From Oikopleura dioica (lineage: Eukaryota > Animalia > Chordata): DNA of 64,000 nucleotides. This document shows, one piece after another, positions 60,501-64,000 of this stretch. Made by a program: the position numbers and the translations under genes. Location of the stretch: the NCBI GenBank assembly GCA_907165135.1, contig OU015569.1, forward strand, positions 5,208,001 through 5,272,000, written 5' to 3'. The notes beneath the pieces are model-generated. The model saw only the letters and a program-made list of their open reading frames with translations. It did no database searches and was not told where the DNA came from. Numbering within the stretch: the stretch's first letter is position 1; each line of letters opens with the position of its first letter.

Positions 60501-62294
60501 AAAAGTATTGACATAATAAATAATCCCATCCCTGGTAGAAACTAAAGCCTGTTCTGTCGATTAGACAAAGTAGGCCAATTGACCGCTAATTGTGTTAAAT
60601 ATACGGTATATTATATACCGCTTTGGTCAGAATACGAATCACGCCCTCTGCTGACCCTCTATAGCAGTATAAAAAAGGTTCCGGCTTTTAGCTCTTTGCC
60701 CGTTCCTGGAAGTATGAAGTCAGTGATCATTTGTCGTAGCCATCCCGTTTCTTGATAAACAATAGCAAAACAAACAGCGTTGAATACAAGCAGGACTCCG
60801 ACTATTGATTTAAAAACGATTTCTCGCTGTAGGAGTTTTCCGAAAGACCGGTCGGTTTCTGTTGCGCCAATTACTATCATTGCAATTAATAAGAGGAGAG
60901 GAATTAGAACGTGGCGTAGCTGGGCGAATCGTGTTTGTTGTTGGAAATTTATTTCTTGCTTGAGCACTTGAAAACAAGGAAGAGTCAGAAAGAGATAATC
61001 GACCACAGCCAAGTTCCAGACATAACAAACCAGGAAAGATGTCCCCACGAAAAAAATCATCTTCATTTTTAAAATGATACATCCTATTTAATATGGTTCA
61101 CAAGAATAGTTGATGTCCAAATATATTTGTGCCAGAGTAAACTGTGGACCAGAACCTATTAAAATAACTGCCAGCAACGTTGTCTTACTCAGATCTATTC
61201 CTCGATTAATCGCACAAGTCCTCCCACCGAAAATCAGTCTGTCGATCGTTTCGAGAATGAAAAAGCCTAACGAAATCGTCGCGGGTACCAACGAGAGAGT
61301 GTTGAGTGATGGAACCAATAGAGGAAATATAATTGCAAGAACGTCTACATAAGTTGTCCACGTCGTAAAAAATGTGGAAAATATAAACTGGATCGTGCCC
61401 CAAGCATACGCGAACATGGTTATCGTTACTCCCGCCAGAGAATTGATGGCTTCTTCTTCGTTTTGAGAATAAGTCATTTTGCAGAGATGAATGCCAGTTG
61501 AAGCTGGGATAAAGTGAACAAAGAAGTAAAACCAGACGCCGATAAGATGTTCTATTTTCAGTCCGCAGGCGAGACCACTACAATTCGGTCGTGGGATCGG
61601 ATGTTGGAGGATTTCTGTCTCGTTTGAAATTTTTGACCAGCCAATCCACTGATCAGCCCAGAATGTATAGATCACTTTTGAGAAAATCCATCCACCTACG
61701 ATTATTCCCCGAAGAATCACATTAAGAGTATTCCTAAGTAAGATTTTAACGAGTACAGTACTCGAAGTACGCATGTTAAAAATAGATTGATGAATTGATC
61801 TGCTAAAATCTTTCCTCGGTGGAAAAATATCCGTAAAAATTTCGGTGAGCTTCTTATGCGGTGATGATTCATCTCCTGTCTGCTTTCTTTTGCTGTATAA
61901 ATTCGACAGGAGTCCGAAGAGAAAAATACAGGAAGCTCCGATCGCTGAGGAAATTCCAGCAATTTGAAAAGGATCGATGATTAGAACGTTAGTCAATTTG
62001 AGACTGAATGAAGCCGGAATAGAAATATATTTTTTGTGATAAAAGTGTTCTTTCTATTCCTTAAACTTGAATGATTATCGGAAGAAAAACTAAAATTGCT
62101 GTGGATATTTGGAGAACATAGTGTTTCCAATTAAATGAAGGTTCCGACCTTTGAGATGTCTTCTTAATTGGATAAACAAATAGAATGTATTTATTTCTAG
62201 TGAGGAGACTCATTTTGTAGAGAAAACGCTTCCTGACGCCACAGTAGAACAGTAAGCAGTATTTGATGACTCTCTGGACTTTTGGATTATCCAT
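57577..62294 (-). CDS. PCNX4: Pecanex-like protein 4, divergent
   Basis: Multi-TM N-half (IFPPRK...IHQSI; FPLL...L.L.P.....F.LE.I....FGG); C-half W..E..L..L...A...D.R.L...EW.V..IS resembles PCNX4. Interrupted by a ~1-kb intron. Confidence 0.65.
60046..60474 (+). CDS. Intronless 142-aa Lys/Glu-rich coiled-coil ORF nested antisense in a PCNX4 intron
   Basis: ATG-initiated ORF; TTTTCAG acceptor ~16 nt upstream; AATAAA ~40 nt after the stop. Confidence 0.6.
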   Translation: MLALYKIENYMDANACTQSKSERLKLPKDVFRYNQTLDIFSCQPFSDFKDDDKRLQTLQSAQMSTKNELQKTVAKLSFMAVHEREIKKDNNLDEKEKENFLKKRFKEKKKLKKGRERMRKEIDDREKKIRALESKMYRTLSA

Positions 62295-62433
62295 AAAATT
62301 CTCTTTAAAAATCAACGATTTAGACTGCAACGTCGAGCGCGGTTTTGTTCGGCTGAGTTTTGAAATTCAAGTGCCTTTTAGCCTAAGTGCCAAGTTTTGT
62401 TTCGAACATTGCCGCAGTGAAGACGGACGATTT

Positions 62434-63810
62434 CTAGTTTGCATAAGAACGCGCTTGAGTGAGGATCTTTTTATTAGAGGAATATCGACAAGGGCAGGAT
62501 TCTCTAACAGCAGTCAGATTCTGTACAGGAGTGACTTTCTGCGAGCTGAACTCTTTTTTGGCTTCGCGCGTCAAATCACGGAATATCATTATATAATTGG
62601 TATGTGCAAGTGCGTCTTCGTTGATTTCAAGGCTTTCCTTGAGTCTTGCTCCTTTTAGAGCTCTCGGCTGGACTCGTCCACTCCTCGATTCCCAGCTCGT
62701 GTGCACTCTCTTCCAGTGGCCTCCAGAAGGTATCGCGAGTGCGCGGGAATGCGCGGAGCAAGACATTGAATAGAGGTAGCACGCAATTGCGATGAAAGTT
62801 GAACTGCTGCTGCTCGCGAGGAATTTCAATTTCGCTTTGAGGAATATTGAGTGATGTTGCCAATTCCTGAACAATCAGTGAATTTCCGAAGAAAAACCGA
62901 GAAATACCTTTTCCATGTTCATTTCTTGATAAAGTGAGTCCACGATTTTCTGAGCAATCGGTTTGGGGCGGACTTCGTTCGAGATGTCAGCGCATTTTAG
63001 AAAAAGCTTGAGGGTTTCGTCGGTGCTGAGCGAGTCTTTTTTGGAAGCAGAAGCAATGAATTCTGGCTGCTTGGCCATATCCGTGCAAAGGATTAAGTCT
63101 TTGATCCTTCTTAGCAGATTGCTCTTTCTTTAACAAAAATTAAATCTCACTTTCTTACAAATGTTTGGCCATACTTGTCCAGGACATTCGTGAAAATGTC
63201 GTTGTCGCGGTGGTGGAGAATCTTACACAGCGTTGAAAAATGGTGATGCTCCAGCGTGCCGGAATCCCCGTAGAGGATATACAGAGCGTCGCACGAGTTT
63301 TTGAGAAAGCTGTTCGCAACTCCTGGGTGGTCTCCCAGCGGGCTCACAAAAGCTCTACTCTCTATATTTTTTTAGAAATTCTTCATGAACCGCTTCCTAC
63401 GTCGTGGCAAATGGCGGCGAAGATGAGCACACCCCAGGAATCGAGGTCCAGGTGCAAGTCGGATTTGAGCAGCTCGAGCAGCGAATAGACGATTTGCGTC
63501 ACACAAAAGGCATGTCGAAAGTTGTGATAGGGATTGGCTGATAAGAACGGTTAGACCACGCTGGGCTAGACCAGAGCTTTGGTGAAGTGTTTTCAAGTAC
63601 TTCTTAGGAATTTTTACCTCGATAGTTGGACTTGACTGTGAGAAGGAAGTGTCCCAGCCGATCCGTGGAAATCTTCCAATGGCTTATGACGCCCGCAGTA
63701 TCGAGCATCTCTGTGATAACGGACACAAGACCATCTTCATCGTACGAGAAGATAGGAAACTCCACCGAGGTGAGCTCGTGACTGTGGCCGTTTGAGTTCT
63801 CCTCTTCCTA
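62434..63810 (-). CDS. PDE9A: Cyclic nucleotide phosphodiesterase, PDE9-like (5' partial; 3' end approximate)
   Basis: NPYHNFRHAFCV; AICHDV|DHPG..N; LEHHH; LIL.TDM; KCADISNEVRP; Q..F....LPLF. Confidence 0.88.
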
Positions 63811-64000
63811 AAGGAACATTAGCTGTTTGAATGTGTTGAGCCCACTGATAAAAATTGAAATAATGATCAGTTTTTGGATCCGTCGAGAGAGCGAGAAAAT
63901 AAAGAAAGGCGATCTATCACTTCTTTGATCTGACCGTAAACACGATTTATCGCCTCTCGCTCTTTTCAGATCTGTTAAGCTCTCTTTCTTCTTTCGATGG

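Overview
Gene-dense eukaryotic DNA with ~40-50 nt introns, several GA/GC/GG splice donors, very short intergenic spacers and 'AG-n-ATG' acceptors just before start codons. This pattern suggests a larvacean tunicate such as Oikopleura dioica (inferred from genome style only). About 21 co-oriented minus-strand genes occupy 642-46000: kish-like, sushi membrane protein, SUMF1-like, CERS, SLC45, EIF4H, SEC23IP, LRP2BP, UBXN4, OSBPL9, PPP1R42, ISY1, MRPL21, PRR13-like, POFUT2, NOP56, GTF3C2, BTB-ZF, REX1BD and a DnaJ gene. A divergent plus-strand cluster follows (SR protein, CCNC, ALG14, extended DAPIT-like, SURF4), then an unknown gene, PCNX4-like (with a nested antisense ORF) and PDE9-like on the minus strand. 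Top finding: a 4.1-kb TIR transposon (40041-44132) encoding a Sola2-like DDD transposase sits inside the last coding exon of REX1BD. Its TIR supplies GT and the duplicated CTNAG target supplies AG, so splicing would restore the host frame exactly, and the geometry works in either orientation. It is a candidate autonomous intron-generating element (introner). Other notable items: two apparent pseudoenzymes (FGE without its catalytic Cys, SEC23IP without its lipase Ser), a ~330-aa protein ending in an ATP synthase subunit k/DAPIT-like motif, and several MITEs with different TSD types. All gene identities come from remembered motifs, not database searches, and exon boundaries were read by eye.
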